Shown here: positions 9,177 through 19,662 of the stretch, one piece after another | Numbering within the stretch: position 1 is the stretch's first letter | Layout: each line of letters opens with the position of its first letter | Source: an uncultured Clostridium sp. | Lineage (GTDB): Bacteria; Bacillota_I; Bacilli_A; RF39; UBA660 | Direction of reading: 5' to 3' | DNA: 64,000 bases | Assembly: GCA_905193755.1 (NCBI GenBank) | Contig: CAJJPX010000003.1 | Coordinates: forward strand, 14,925 to 78,924 | The notes under the pieces: model-generated | Told to the model about the DNA's origin: nothing | Database searches by the model: none | The model's input: only the letters and a program-made list of their open reading frames with translations | Program-made: the position numbers and the translations under genes

Positions 9177-11743
9177 TATTTTGCTTCGTACCAGTCTTTA
9201 CCGTAGTTTATTTCTACTTTTAGTGGTACATCTAATTTATATATATTTTCCATAGTATCTTTAACTATTTCTTTTACTTCTTCTATTTCTTCTTCTGGTA
9301 CATCAAATATTAATTCATCGTGAACTTGTAATAACATTTTAGTTTTTAAATTCTTCTCTTTTAATATATTATGAAGTTTAACCATAGCCATTTTAAGTAT
9401 ATCAGCAGCTGTTCCTTGTATTGGAGTATTAAGTGCCATTCTTTCTCCCATAGCTCTAATCATATAGTTTGTATTCTTTAATTCTTCTATTTCTCTTTTT
9501 CTATTAAATAGAGTTCTTACTTCTCCAGTTTTCTTTGCTTCTTCAACAATATTTTTCATATAATTATTTACTTCTGGATATAGTGTTAAATATTTATCTA
9601 TATATTTTTTTGCTTCACTAGCACTTATATCAAGGTTTTCACCTAGTCCATAACCACTTATACCATAGACTATACCAAATATTACTGCTTTAGCTGTACG
9701 TCTTTGATTTGGTGTTACTTCATTTTCTCTTATACCAAATATATCACTAGCTACATGTGTATGTATATCTTCACCATGAATGAATGCATTTTTAAGGCTA
9801 TCAGAAGAACTTATATGAGCAAGTACTCTTAGTTCGATTTGTGAGTAATCGCTTGATAGAAGGTATCCATTTGTACTTGGAATGAATGCTTTTCTAATCT
9901 TTTTTCCTTCTTCACTTCTTACAGGTATATTTTGAAGGTTTGGTTCAACTGATGATAGTCTTCCAGTACGTGTACCAGTCTGTTTATATATAGTATGTAT
10001 TTTGCCATCTTCTAAGATGTAACTATTGAATGTATCTAAGTATGTACTTACTAATTTAGATAGGTTTCTATATTCTAATATTTCATTTATGATTGGAAAT
10101 TTATCTTTATATTTAATTAATACATCGTGAGCTGTTGATGTTGCATTTTTACCTTTACCTTTTGGAAGACCAATCTTTTCATAAAGGATGTCTCCTAGTT
10201 GTTTAGGACTTCCTATATTAAATGTTTCACCAGCTAGTTCATATATTTTATTTTCTATTATAGTTAATCTTTCTTTTAATTCTTTTGATAAATCTTCTAT
10301 AATATTTGGTCTTACACTTATACCATTTATTTCCATAGTAGATAGTACTTCTATTAGTGGATGCTCTATATTAGTATAGAGATTATAAAGATTTTCATTC
10401 TTTAACTTGTTATTGAAGTCTTCGTATGTATCATATAAGAATTTAGATTTTTTAACTATTGAAGTAATTATTTCTTCTTCACTAAGTGGATTTTTCTTTG
10501 AAATAATTGTGTCATAGTAAGGTATTTCTATTCCATATGTTGTACTTATGTATGAAACATCATCTTTAACATTGTATTCAAGTAAGTATGAAGCTATTAG
10601 TGTGTCAAATGATGTATGTGTTTCGATACCTAGTTTATTTAAGAATACTATGTTCTTTTTATAGTCAAAAGTTACTAATATATCTTTTAGTAAATCTCTA
10701 TTTAGAAGTAGGCTTGCTTCATCAAAATAATATGCATTCTTTCCATCATAGATAGATGCACCTATGAAGTTTGCTTTGTTATAGTTAGCGTTATCTAGTT
10801 CTATGTAAAGACTTTTTTTACCTTCTATTTCTACTTTACCTTTTACGATAGTGTAAGCTACGTCTTTTTTATCTACTTTAGTTGGAATAGATTTTAAGAA
10901 TGAATTGAATTCTAGTTCCTTGTATTTTTCTATTAATGCTTTTGTATTTGGTTTTAAGTATTTGATACTGTCAAAAGTATATTCGAAGTCTATTGTTTTA
11001 TAGATAGTTGCTAGTTTATATGAGAAGTATGCATTTTCTTTATCATTTTCTAGTTTTTCTTTTGTTTTACCACCTATGTCATCTAAATGATTATAGATTC
11101 CATCTAAAGTTTCATATTTTTGAAGAAGTGAAAGTGCTGTTTTCTCTCCTATTCCTTTAACACCAGGTATGTTGTCACTAGCATCTCCCATTAATGATTT
11201 TAGATCAATCATTCTAATAGGTTTAATACCATATACTTCCATAAATTTATTTTCATCCATCATTATGTAGTCTTTTTGTTTTAGAAGTTTTACGTTTACT
11301 TCATCACTAATTAATTGTAGTAAATCTTTATCACTACTTATGATAGTTGCATTATAGTTTTTGTCTTCGTCTGCCATTCTTGCGAATGTACCAATGATAT
11401 CATCAGCTTCATAGTTATCACATTCGATATATTTGATACCAAGGAGTGTACATATTTCTTTAGCTTCTTTGAATTGTACTTTTAAATCTTGTGGTGTTTC
11501 GATACGACCATCTTTATAGTTATCATACATATCTTGTCTAAAGTTGTGTCCTTTATCGAATGCTACCATTATATATTCAGGATTTTCTTCATTAATTATT
11601 TTATTTAACATGTTGATAAATCCATATAATGCGTTTGTTGGGAATCCTTTACTATTTTTCATTAAGTTTCCATTGTATGCAGTTGCATAGTAACTTCTAA
11701 ATAATAAGTTGTTTCCATCTATTAAAATTGCTCTTTTCTTCAT
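9176..11743 (-). CDS. polA: DNA polymerase I
   Basis: 5'-nuclease N-terminus (ILIDGNNLLFRSYYA). Pol motifs DYSQIELRVLAH (A), RRTAKAVIFGIVYG (B) and QVHDELIF (C). The likely true start is ATG 11743 (MKKRAIL), preceded by AAAGGTGAGGA. The ORF-track start at 11752 is a GTG inside the RBS. Confidence 0.95.
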   Translation of the reverse strand: MKKRAILIDGNNLLFRSYYATAYNGNLMKNSKGFPTNALYGFINMLNKIINEENPEYIMVAFDKGHNFRQDMYDNYKDGRIETPQDLKVQFKEAKEICTLLGIKYIECDNYEADDIIGTFARMADEDKNYNATIISSDKDLLQLISDEVNVKLLKQKDYIMMDENKFMEVYGIKPIRMIDLKSLMGDASDNIPGVKGIGEKTALSLLQKYETLDGIYNHLDDIGGKTKEKLENDKENAYFSYKLATIYKTIDFEYTFDSIKYLKPNTKALIEKYKELEFNSFLKSIPTKVDKKDVAYTIVKGKVEIEGKKSLYIELDNANYNKANFIGASIYDGKNAYYFDEASLLLNRDLLKDILVTFDYKKNIVFLNKLGIETHTSFDTLIASYLLEYNVKDDVSYISTTYGIEIPYYDTIISKKNPLSEEEIITSIVKKSKFLYDTYEDFNNKLKNENLYNLYTNIEHPLIEVLSTMEINGISVRPNIIEDLSKELKERLTIIENKIYELAGETFNIGSPKQLGDILYEKIGLPKGKGKNATSTAHDVLIKYKDKFPIINEILEYRNLSKLVSTYLDTFNSYILEDGKIHTIYKQTGTRTGRLSSVEPNLQNIPVRSEEGKKIRKAFIPSTNGYLLSSDYSQIELRVLAHISSSDSLKNAFIHGEDIHTHVASDIFGIRENEVTPNQRRTAKAVIFGIVYGISGYGLGENLDISASEAKKYIDKYLTLYPEVNNYMKNIVEEAKKTGEVRTLFNRKREIEELKNTNYMIRAMGERMALNTPIQGTAADILKMAMVKLHNILKEKNLKTKMLLQVHDELIFDVPEEEIEEVKEIVKDTMENIYKLDVPLKVEINYGKDWYEAK

Positions 11744-11811
11744 AATCCTCACCTTTTATTATTGTACTATATTTTTTAAATTTTATAAACAATTAAAAAG
11801 AGATATTTTAG

Positions 11812-12561
11812 TTATATCTCTATAGTTTCACTTATTTTATCTTTATATGCTACATATATTGGAATGTTTGGATCTATTGATTCTCTATTTACTTCGTATG
11901 CTTTTTCATAAGTGTTATCGTTTTCACTTATATGTACTAACATTATATCTTTAGTATTTGGTCCTATAAAATGATTTAAATATTTAGCACAGTCTTCATT
12001 TGATAAGTGGCCTTCATCACCTATATTTCTATATTTTATGTATTCAAACTTATTACCATTCATTTCCATTTCTACATCGTGATTACTTTCTAATAAGTAT
12101 ACTGTTTTATTTTTCATTTTCTCATGATATCTTGAATGTATCATACCAGTATCAGTCATGTATACTAGTGATTTACCATCTTTTTCAAATACAAATCCAA
12201 AACCTTTTTTATCATGACTTATAGGTATTTTAGTAAATTTGATTCCCATAATATTATCTAGTTCATCAAATAATTCATAGTTTTTTATATAATCTTTTTT
12301 GCTATATTCATTTAATGTTTCAATAGAAATATATATTTTAGTATTATAAACTCTATTAAATGAATGAACACTTTTGACGTGATCTGAGTGAGCATGTGTT
12401 ACGATTATAAAATCTATATCTTCAGGACGTTCATTAATACTATAAAGTGCATCTTTTAGTTTTCCGAATTGAAGTCCTGCATCTATTAAAAATTTAACAT
12501 TATCAATATTAACAAAAGTAGAGTTTCCACTACTACTACTTCCTAAAACTACAATTTTCAT
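11812..12561 (-). CDS. MBL-fold metallo-hydrolase (YycJ-like)
   Basis: VTHAHSDH zinc-binding motif. MKIVVLGSSSSGNS N-terminus. Confidence 0.75.
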   Translation of the reverse strand: MKIVVLGSSSSGNSTFVNIDNVKFLIDAGLQFGKLKDALYSINERPEDIDFIIVTHAHSDHVKSVHSFNRVYNTKIYISIETLNEYSKKDYIKNYELFDELDNIMGIKFTKIPISHDKKGFGFVFEKDGKSLVYMTDTGMIHSRYHEKMKNKTVYLLESNHDVEMEMNGNKFEYIKYRNIGDEGHLSNEDCAKYLNHFIGPNTKDIMLVHISENDNTYEKAYEVNRESIDPNIPIYVAYKDKISETIEI

Positions 12562-12640
12562 ATAACCACCAGGTAATATTATAGCATAATCAAAAGAAAA
12601 ATTACCAGTTATGCTAATCTTAATATATCTTTTTTAAATT

Positions 12641-12663
12641 AAAAGAAGCCAAAGGCTTCTTTT
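12641..12663 (-). terminator. Terminator after the Type III res gene
   Basis: aaaagaagcc-aaa-ggcttctttt hairpin just below the res stop (12677), with a T-run on the minus strand. Confidence 0.7.
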
Positions 12664-12676
12664 GCTACATTCTTAA

Positions 12677-15586
12677 TCAATTTTTAAAATCTGAAAAATA
12701 ATTGGTTGCGACTTGATATCCTATATTTGTATCGAGTGCATCAAAATGTTTTCTTGCACATTCTATTTTGCCATTTTCAGTTCCTCTTCTATCCGATTTA
12801 TGCATACTACCTTTTGTTTCAACTATAAAATATAATTTATCTTCTCCATCTTCGTTCATTACTATTGCCCAGTCAGGGATATGATTACCTAATGGTGTGT
12901 CTATAGTAAACCAACTAGGTAATTTAATATACATTTTGCAATCTTCATCCTCTTCCATGTCTTTTGCAAAATCTTTTTCTATTCCTGAATCATATATAGT
13001 ATAGTTATATACTCCTTTTTGCGATTCAATTGCATTTGAATCTAAATATGCTTTTAAATTATCAATTTCAAACAAACTTTGTTCGTAACAATCATTTACT
13101 TTTATATATTGTATACCCTTTACCAATTGCATTTTTTTATTTTTTAATATAATTCTACTTACTTCTTCAAGATATTTTTGAGGATTATCAAAGAAATCAT
13201 TTAGTCTTTCAGATAAAGTTATAATTTTATAAGCTGTTTCTCTTTTTATATTAGTTGTATCTTGAATGTATCTCATTGGATCAGGATAAGAAGTGTTTTG
13301 TTCTAATAAAGAAACAGGTTTTATTGTTTGTACAGTTGTACCTATACCATTTTTAGATATATTTAGTTTTACATTTTCAGCTCTAATTCTTTGTTTTTTT
13401 ATTTGAGGCATACTTTTTATATCATCAATACAATCTTGTATAAATTCATCAGTGTTCATATTTACTGAGTATGTTGTTTTATGCTTGATTTTATTCCACA
13501 ATTCTTTAAAATCATCATTAAGATAAACCTCTTTATTAAGTTTTACAGATACTTCTTTATTTGCATCTTTTATTGTAACTTTCGTATTTACTTTATCTAA
13601 CTTGAAATATATATCATCTAAATATAAAGACATTTCATCTGGAAAGTCTATTCTTCTATATTTAATATCTGATTTACCTTTTTCAGTAATTTTTCCTGAA
13701 GGTGTTATTGTTTCATTTTTAAGTAAAGCGTCATATATTTCTTCTGAAACCTTTATTCCTATTTCTTCATATTCACCAGATTGATTTTTTATTGTAATAT
13801 CTGCAAAATAATTTTTTTCTATTATTCCAAATCTAACATTTGTTTCTTGTTCTATTTCTTTTTGAAGTTCATCTGCAAAAGTTTTATAGGATTCATTGGC
13901 GATTACCGTAAGTTCATTATATATATAATTTTCCACTCTTTCTCCTGATTGGTTAACACATAATCTTAAACCTCTTCCTATCTTTTGCCTTTTTGTCATA
14001 TTATCTTTGGTTTCAACAAGAGTACAAACTTGAAAAACATTTGGATTATCCCAACCTTCTTTTAGTGCAGAATGTGAAAAAATGAATCTTAGTGGCTCAT
14101 CAAAACTTAATAATGTTTCTTTATTCTTCATAATTTTTTCATAAACTGATTGATCTGCTATTGTATCTCCATTTGTATTTTTTACTCTACCCTTACCATC
14201 TATTGAAAAATAGCCATCATGAACTTTCTTAACATCATAATAATCCGGATTTGAATCCCTTAAATCTTTAAATTTTGTGTTTATTAATTCATTATACACT
14301 TCTTCGAACATTTTATAATATTCTCCAGGTATTTCATTTCCATCTTTATCATAATTACGATACTTTGATACTTCATCGATAAAAAATAAGCTTAATACTT
14401 TTATTCCTTCTTTAGTATATTGTCTTTCTTTCTTTAGATGCGTTGCTATTGTTGTTTTTATTTGTGCTCTTTTTATTAAAGACATATCAATATCTCCAAT
14501 TACCTCTCCAATGTATAGTATTTGTCCTGTTGTAAACTGTATATACTCATTTCCAGGTGTAGTATCTATATCATCTAAAATATAATTAGAATAACATTCT
14601 AAGTTTGTATTATCTTTTAAGTTATCGTCTGTTTTTATAGTTATTACTTTCTTTTCAAGTGTTCCGTCAGATTTTCTTGATTTAACTTCGACTTTTGCAC
14701 TATAACCTTTTTTGTCAGAAACTGAAATCAATTTAATGTAAGCGTTTTCAGCATTTTCATCACTTAGTACCGAACTAACAGATATCTGTTTTACTAATTT
14801 TTTGTTATATGCTTCTACAGCATCTAATTTATACATTAAATCATATTTTTCTTTATGTGTAGCTGAATATCTTAATTGGCATAATGGATTTAGTCTACTA
14901 ATTGCTTCTTTAGATTTCGCAGTGTTATCAACACTTTGTGGTTCATCTATAATTACAATAGGGTTTGTATTACTAATTAAATCTATCGGAGTATGATCAT
15001 TGATACTTTCGTTAGGTCTATACATTAAATTTGATTTCTTACTGTCTTTACCAAAATCAGAAATGAATGCACCTATTGTAATAATCATAATTTGTATATC
15101 TGTGCTTAATGCAAAGGTCGCTATTTGACCTCCTTTTTTAGAATCGTAAATAAAATAATTATAACTAACATTATCATATAAACTTCTAAAATGCTCTTCA
15201 GTTATTTTAAATGACTTGTAAACTCCTTCTTTGATAGCTATGCTTGGAACTACAATAATAAATTTTGTAAATCCATATTTTTTATTCAATTCAAGTATTG
15301 TTTTTGTATATACGTATGTTTTACCAGTACCAGTTTCCATTTCTATAGTAAAATTCATTTTACTAAGATCTGTACTTCTTGTTAATTTATTATTTAGTTG
15401 TATGTTTCTTACATTTTCTAGTATTTGTTCCTCTGATAAATTTAAATAATTCCCTGTGCCTTGTGTAAGAATAGAATTAGGAGCTACAGTGAAATTAGAT
15501 TTTTTCATTTGTTGGCCATTGAAAATTTGTACAATTGAGTTAACTGCTTCTGTTTGATATTCCTGAATACTAAATTTTAATTTCAT
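12677..15586 (-). CDS. res: Type III restriction enzyme, Res subunit (SF2 helicase/ATPase + PD-(D/E)xK nuclease)
   Basis: Walker A/motif I METGTGKTYVY. Motif II IIDEPQSV. C-terminal nuclease-like PDWAIV...FIVETKG. The 969-aa size and the position directly after the mod genes are typical. Confidence 0.88.
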   Translation of the reverse strand: MKLKFSIQEYQTEAVNSIVQIFNGQQMKKSNFTVAPNSILTQGTGNYLNLSEEQILENVRNIQLNNKLTRSTDLSKMNFTIEMETGTGKTYVYTKTILELNKKYGFTKFIIVVPSIAIKEGVYKSFKITEEHFRSLYDNVSYNYFIYDSKKGGQIATFALSTDIQIMIITIGAFISDFGKDSKKSNLMYRPNESINDHTPIDLISNTNPIVIIDEPQSVDNTAKSKEAISRLNPLCQLRYSATHKEKYDLMYKLDAVEAYNKKLVKQISVSSVLSDENAENAYIKLISVSDKKGYSAKVEVKSRKSDGTLEKKVITIKTDDNLKDNTNLECYSNYILDDIDTTPGNEYIQFTTGQILYIGEVIGDIDMSLIKRAQIKTTIATHLKKERQYTKEGIKVLSLFFIDEVSKYRNYDKDGNEIPGEYYKMFEEVYNELINTKFKDLRDSNPDYYDVKKVHDGYFSIDGKGRVKNTNGDTIADQSVYEKIMKNKETLLSFDEPLRFIFSHSALKEGWDNPNVFQVCTLVETKDNMTKRQKIGRGLRLCVNQSGERVENYIYNELTVIANESYKTFADELQKEIEQETNVRFGIIEKNYFADITIKNQSGEYEEIGIKVSEEIYDALLKNETITPSGKITEKGKSDIKYRRIDFPDEMSLYLDDIYFKLDKVNTKVTIKDANKEVSVKLNKEVYLNDDFKELWNKIKHKTTYSVNMNTDEFIQDCIDDIKSMPQIKKQRIRAENVKLNISKNGIGTTVQTIKPVSLLEQNTSYPDPMRYIQDTTNIKRETAYKIITLSERLNDFFDNPQKYLEEVSRIILKNKKMQLVKGIQYIKVNDCYEQSLFEIDNLKAYLDSNAIESQKGVYNYTIYDSGIEKDFAKDMEEDEDCKMYIKLPSWFTIDTPLGNHIPDWAIVMNEDGEDKLYFIVETKGSMHKSDRRGTENGKIECARKHFDALDTNIGYQVATNYFSDFKN

Positions 15587-15597
15587 ACTATTACCTC

Positions 15598-17490
15598 CTA
15601 AATGCTTTTTATCTTTTCTTCATCGATTCCTATTTTCTTAAGTTCTTGTAATGCATTTACTTTAGCATTTTCATCTTTAAAACCAGAATCTTTAAAAATA
15701 ATTATTGTGGGATTTAGCTTTCCTATTTCCTTTACTAATCCAACGTCAATTTCGTCTTGTAAACAAACAACCATTTTTTCATCTTCTAAGTGATAAATTT
15801 TTTTGGTATTTATATTTTTTTCCTTGATTTGTGATGAAAGTGTTATTCCTTCTTTTAATAGAATTTCATATAAAATATCATCATTTGTTCTTCCTTCAAC
15901 GATTGGGTCGATGTGTTCATAAAAGTATTTATTTGCATTATCTATCGTTAAATCTTCACTATTCCATACTTTAATATTACTAGTATCAAGTTTAAATACT
16001 TTAAATCCATAATCAATTTTCGCTTTTGTTTCTTCTTTTATTTTTTTACCAGCACGTCTTATTCTTTCTTCTCCAATATCGCATATTGTTTTATAATCTT
16101 TTATTGATTCATCGCTTATAATTTCTGGTAATTGAATCATGATATATTTTCTATTTCCTTCATCTTCCGCATTCATTTGCATTATTGCATCTGCAGTTGT
16201 GGCACTTCCACTAAAGAAATCTAGAACGTATGATTCTTTATCCATTTGTATTATTTTAGCTAAATATTTTATTAATTTAGTTGGTTTTGGAAAAGAAAAT
16301 GGTATATCTAATCTCGCTAATTCCTCAGAACCATTTCTATTTAGAAATCCTTCAAATATATCGCGTGGAATGTTTCCTTTATCTTTCTTGTCATTTAAAT
16401 AGCTTTTTGTATAAATATTCCATTTAGCTTGTTTTCCATATTGATTTAATAAAGGTGACTTTTTGGTTTTTTTAAAAACAAGAAGATTTTTCTTTAATAA
16501 GTATTGCGATTGTTCCCATCTCCATACACCATCTCCTTTGTTTGGGAGAACTTTTGAACCATCTTTTTCTTCTTGAGGCATAGTACCTCCAGGTGGTATA
16601 ACAAGTTCTCCATCAGGACATTCAATGTAATATCTTTGATTTGGTCGTGTCTCTAATGTTGTAAGGTAAAATGCTATATCATCTCTATAATATTCACCTT
16701 TTCTTTCACCATCATGTTCTACTTTTTTAAATTGATCATCATTAGTTACTTCATCAACAAAGTGCGATAAATTATTAATATTTTTTGCATAGCATAGAAT
16801 ATAATCTTTACTTGGAGCAAAGAAATTTCCTCTAAAACTAGTTGTTTTAGATACTCTTGTAATATTAGATATGAAATTAATTTCTCCGAATAATTCATCA
16901 CATACTTTTCTTAAATTTGTGACTTCATTTTCATCTATTGATATAAATATAATACCATCATCAGATAAAAGATTCTTCGCTAATCTAAGTCTTGGATATA
17001 TCATATTTAACCACTTTGTATGAAATCTTCCATTTGTTTCACTATTTGCTTTATATTTTTGATTTGTTTGTTCTTTGTAGTTTTGTAATGGATCTTTAAA
17101 TGAATCGTTATATATAAAGTCTCCACTAGTATTATAAGGTGGATCTATATATATCATTTTTATTTTTTTATAGTATGATTTTTGGAGAATTTTAAGAACC
17201 TCTAAATTGTCTCCCTCAATATAAACGTTGTTTGTATTGTCCCAATCAATGCTTTTTTCAGGACAAGGAATCAGTGTACCTGTTGTTGACATGTCAGCTA
17301 TTTTAGTTGATTCTTCTTTTCCATTCCAAGTAAAACTGTAGATTTCTTCTTTTTCATTTAAATTTCCTAATATACTTTTTAATATATTAAAATCTACTTT
17401 ATTTTCTTTAATAACTTCAGGAAATAGACAACCTAATTTTTTAATGTTTTCATTTACTATATCCATTGATGTACTACAGACTTTTTTCAT
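15598..17490 (-). CDS. mod: Type III Mod DNA methyltransferase (N6-adenine, beta class), copy 2 of 2
   Basis: Motif IV IYIDPPYNT precedes motif I LDFFSGSATTADA. RBS-coupled to res (11-nt gap) and to the upstream mod (8-nt gap). Confidence 0.88.
   Translation of the reverse strand: MKKVCSTSMDIVNENIKKLGCLFPEVIKENKVDFNILKSILGNLNEKEEIYSFTWNGKEESTKIADMSTTGTLIPCPEKSIDWDNTNNVYIEGDNLEVLKILQKSYYKKIKMIYIDPPYNTSGDFIYNDSFKDPLQNYKEQTNQKYKANSETNGRFHTKWLNMIYPRLRLAKNLLSDDGIIFISIDENEVTNLRKVCDELFGEINFISNITRVSKTTSFRGNFFAPSKDYILCYAKNINNLSHFVDEVTNDDQFKKVEHDGERKGEYYRDDIAFYLTTLETRPNQRYYIECPDGELVIPPGGTMPQEEKDGSKVLPNKGDGVWRWEQSQYLLKKNLLVFKKTKKSPLLNQYGKQAKWNIYTKSYLNDKKDKGNIPRDIFEGFLNRNGSEELARLDIPFSFPKPTKLIKYLAKIIQMDKESYVLDFFSGSATTADAIMQMNAEDEGNRKYIMIQLPEIISDESIKDYKTICDIGEERIRRAGKKIKEETKAKIDYGFKVFKLDTSNIKVWNSEDLTIDNANKYFYEHIDPIVEGRTNDDILYEILLKEGITLSSQIKEKNINTKKIYHLEDEKMVVCLQDEIDVGLVKEIGKLNPTIIIFKDSGFKDENAKVNALQELKKIGIDEEKIKSI
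15901..16158. repeat. 258-bp block nearly identical to 17802-18059 (direct repeat between the two mod genes)
   Basis: Manual alignment at offset +1901 shows 4 mismatches (15910, 16081, 16096, 16114). Flanking homology decays to roughly 70-80 percent. Confidence 0.9.
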
Positions 17491-17498
17491 AAAACCTC

Positions 17499-19325
17499 CT
17501 ATATACTCTTTACTTTTTCCGCATCTATTCCTGAATTTTTTAATTCTTGTAATGCGTTAACTTTAGCATTTTCATCTTTAAAGCCAGAATCTTTAAATAT
17601 AACAACTTCAGGTTTTAGTTTTCCTATTTCTTTTACTAAGTTTATATCAATATCATCTTCTAGACAAATAATCATGGAACCATTATTAATTACATATAAT
17701 AAATTATTATTTATCTTTTCTTCTTTGATCTGTGATGATAGTATTATTCCTTCTTTTAACAGAATTTCATATAAAATATCATCTTCTGTTCTTCCTTCAA
17801 CGATTGGGTCAATGTGTTCATAAAAGTATTTATTTGCATTATCTATCGTTAAATCTTCACTATTCCATACTTTAATATTACTAGTATCAAGTTTAAATAC
17901 TTTAAATCCATAATCAATTTTCGCTTTTGTTTCTTCTTTTATTTTTTTACCAGCACGTCTTATTCTTTCTTCTCCAATATCACATATTGTTTTATAGTCT
18001 TTTATTGATTCATCACTTATAATTTCTGGTAATTGAATCATGATATATTTTCTATTTCCATTTGTTTCTGCATTTAGCTGTAGTGTTGCTTCTGCTGATG
18101 CTGCACTTCCACTGAAAAAATCCATTATGAAGTCATTCTCATTTGTTGATACTCTAATCAATTCTTTTATTAGTTTTGTTGGTTTTGGTGTGTCAAAAAT
18201 ATTTCTATTTCCAAAAAGTGTTTCTAACTCATCTTTTGCTGATGATGAAGTTCCTACTCCTCTAAGTATACTTTCCATACTATATTCTTTTTCTTCGTTT
18301 TCAAATGTTTTAATTCTTGGTACTCCATTTCCATTCTTTGGATAAAAAATTCTATTGTCTGTATCTAACTTGTAAAACTCATCTTTAGAAATAAACCACT
18401 GTCTTGTTATTTCTTTGCCACTTGGTGTTGTTATTGAATAATAATAATCAGAAGTTTTATCTTCATTCTTGTGACCTTCTTCGTATGAAATAATTCCAGA
18501 AGACCATGGACCACGTGGATCATTATCAGGGTTAGTTTGTTTGTTTTTCCATTCTGGTTTTCTCATAAACTTATTGAATATTGTATCTCTTTTATTTTTA
18601 TAACACAAAATTATGTACTCATGTATTTCTTTATATCTATTTATTATTTTTGCGTTTGTATTTCTGTCTACTTGAGAATCCATTTTTTGCCAAATAATAC
18701 AATCTACATTTGCTTTTCCAAAAATTTCTTCACATATTTTTTTTAAATTTTCTTGCTCATTATCATCTATACTTATAAATAGAATGCCATCATCAGTAAG
18801 TAAGCTCATTGAAAGAAGCAATCTTGGGTATATCATATTAAGCCAATCAGTATGAAATCTTCCATTTGTTTCAGGATTTGCTTTATTTTCTTGTTCAGTT
18901 ATTTTTTTATAATTTTTTATCGTCTCTTTATAATCATCTTTGTAAACGAAATCATTGCCTGTATTATATGGTGGATCTATATAAATTGCTTTTATTTTAT
19001 TATGGTACGCTTTTTGCAGTATTTTTAAAACTTCTAAGTTATCACCTTCTATATATATATTATTTGTATTTTCCCAGTCAACGCTTTTATTTTTAATTGG
19101 TAATAAAGTTGCACAAGATGTAACTTGAATATATCGTTTGGCATTTTGTTTTCCATTCCAAGTGAATTGATATTTTTCATCATTTGAATCAGAAAATATT
19201 CCGAGTTTTTCTTTTAATAAATCTATATCAATTTTACCCTCTACTAATATTTCTGGAAATATTTTTGTAATTTTACTTATATTATCATTTATTATATTAA
19301 ATGATTCACTTTCAATTTTTTTCAT
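17499..19325 (-). CDS. mod: Type III Mod DNA methyltransferase (N6-adenine, beta class), copy 1 of 2, different central TRD
   Basis: IYIDPPYNT and MDFFSGSAASAEA. The N-terminal ~200 aa and C-terminal ~190 aa are homologous to the other mod. The central ~170 aa do not align by eye. Confidence 0.88.
   Translation of the reverse strand: MKKIESESFNIINDNISKITKIFPEILVEGKIDIDLLKEKLGIFSDSNDEKYQFTWNGKQNAKRYIQVTSCATLLPIKNKSVDWENTNNIYIEGDNLEVLKILQKAYHNKIKAIYIDPPYNTGNDFVYKDDYKETIKNYKKITEQENKANPETNGRFHTDWLNMIYPRLLLSMSLLTDDGILFISIDDNEQENLKKICEEIFGKANVDCIIWQKMDSQVDRNTNAKIINRYKEIHEYIILCYKNKRDTIFNKFMRKPEWKNKQTNPDNDPRGPWSSGIISYEEGHKNEDKTSDYYYSITTPSGKEITRQWFISKDEFYKLDTDNRIFYPKNGNGVPRIKTFENEEKEYSMESILRGVGTSSSAKDELETLFGNRNIFDTPKPTKLIKELIRVSTNENDFIMDFFSGSAASAEATLQLNAETNGNRKYIMIQLPEIISDESIKDYKTICDIGEERIRRAGKKIKEETKAKIDYGFKVFKLDTSNIKVWNSEDLTIDNANKYFYEHIDPIVEGRTEDDILYEILLKEGIILSSQIKEEKINNNLLYVINNGSMIICLEDDIDINLVKEIGKLKPEVVIFKDSGFKDENAKVNALQELKNSGIDAEKVKSI
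17802..18059. repeat. Partner copy of the 258-bp mod-mod direct repeat
   Basis: See 15901-16158. Confidence 0.9.
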
Positions 19326-19643
19326 GATTCACCTCAACTTGATTAATATTCTTTTTTTATTATAACATGTATTATTTCAAACATAAAGAAATTAGACAAA
19401 TTGATTTACTTTTCTTGTGATAAATTATTCTTTATTTGCAATAAATTTTGTTTTTCATCGTTATACTTAGGTATCTTTGTTATAATTCTCGTAAAAAACA
19501 ATGATGTAATTTGTTAATTTTACCATTCTATTATTATAGTTAGTTATAAAAACAAAAAACACGTCTTTAATGTAGATTGAAATTTATTAACTTTTTTAAT
19601 TTAAGTAGTTACATTTTGTGATTATTTTTTTCTTGTAAAATAA

Positions 19644-19662
19644 AAGAAGCTTAATGCTTCTT
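19644..19662 (-). terminator. polC terminator
   Basis: aagaagc-ttaat-gcttctt hairpin overlapping the polC stop. On the minus strand it is followed by TTATTTT. Confidence 0.65.
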
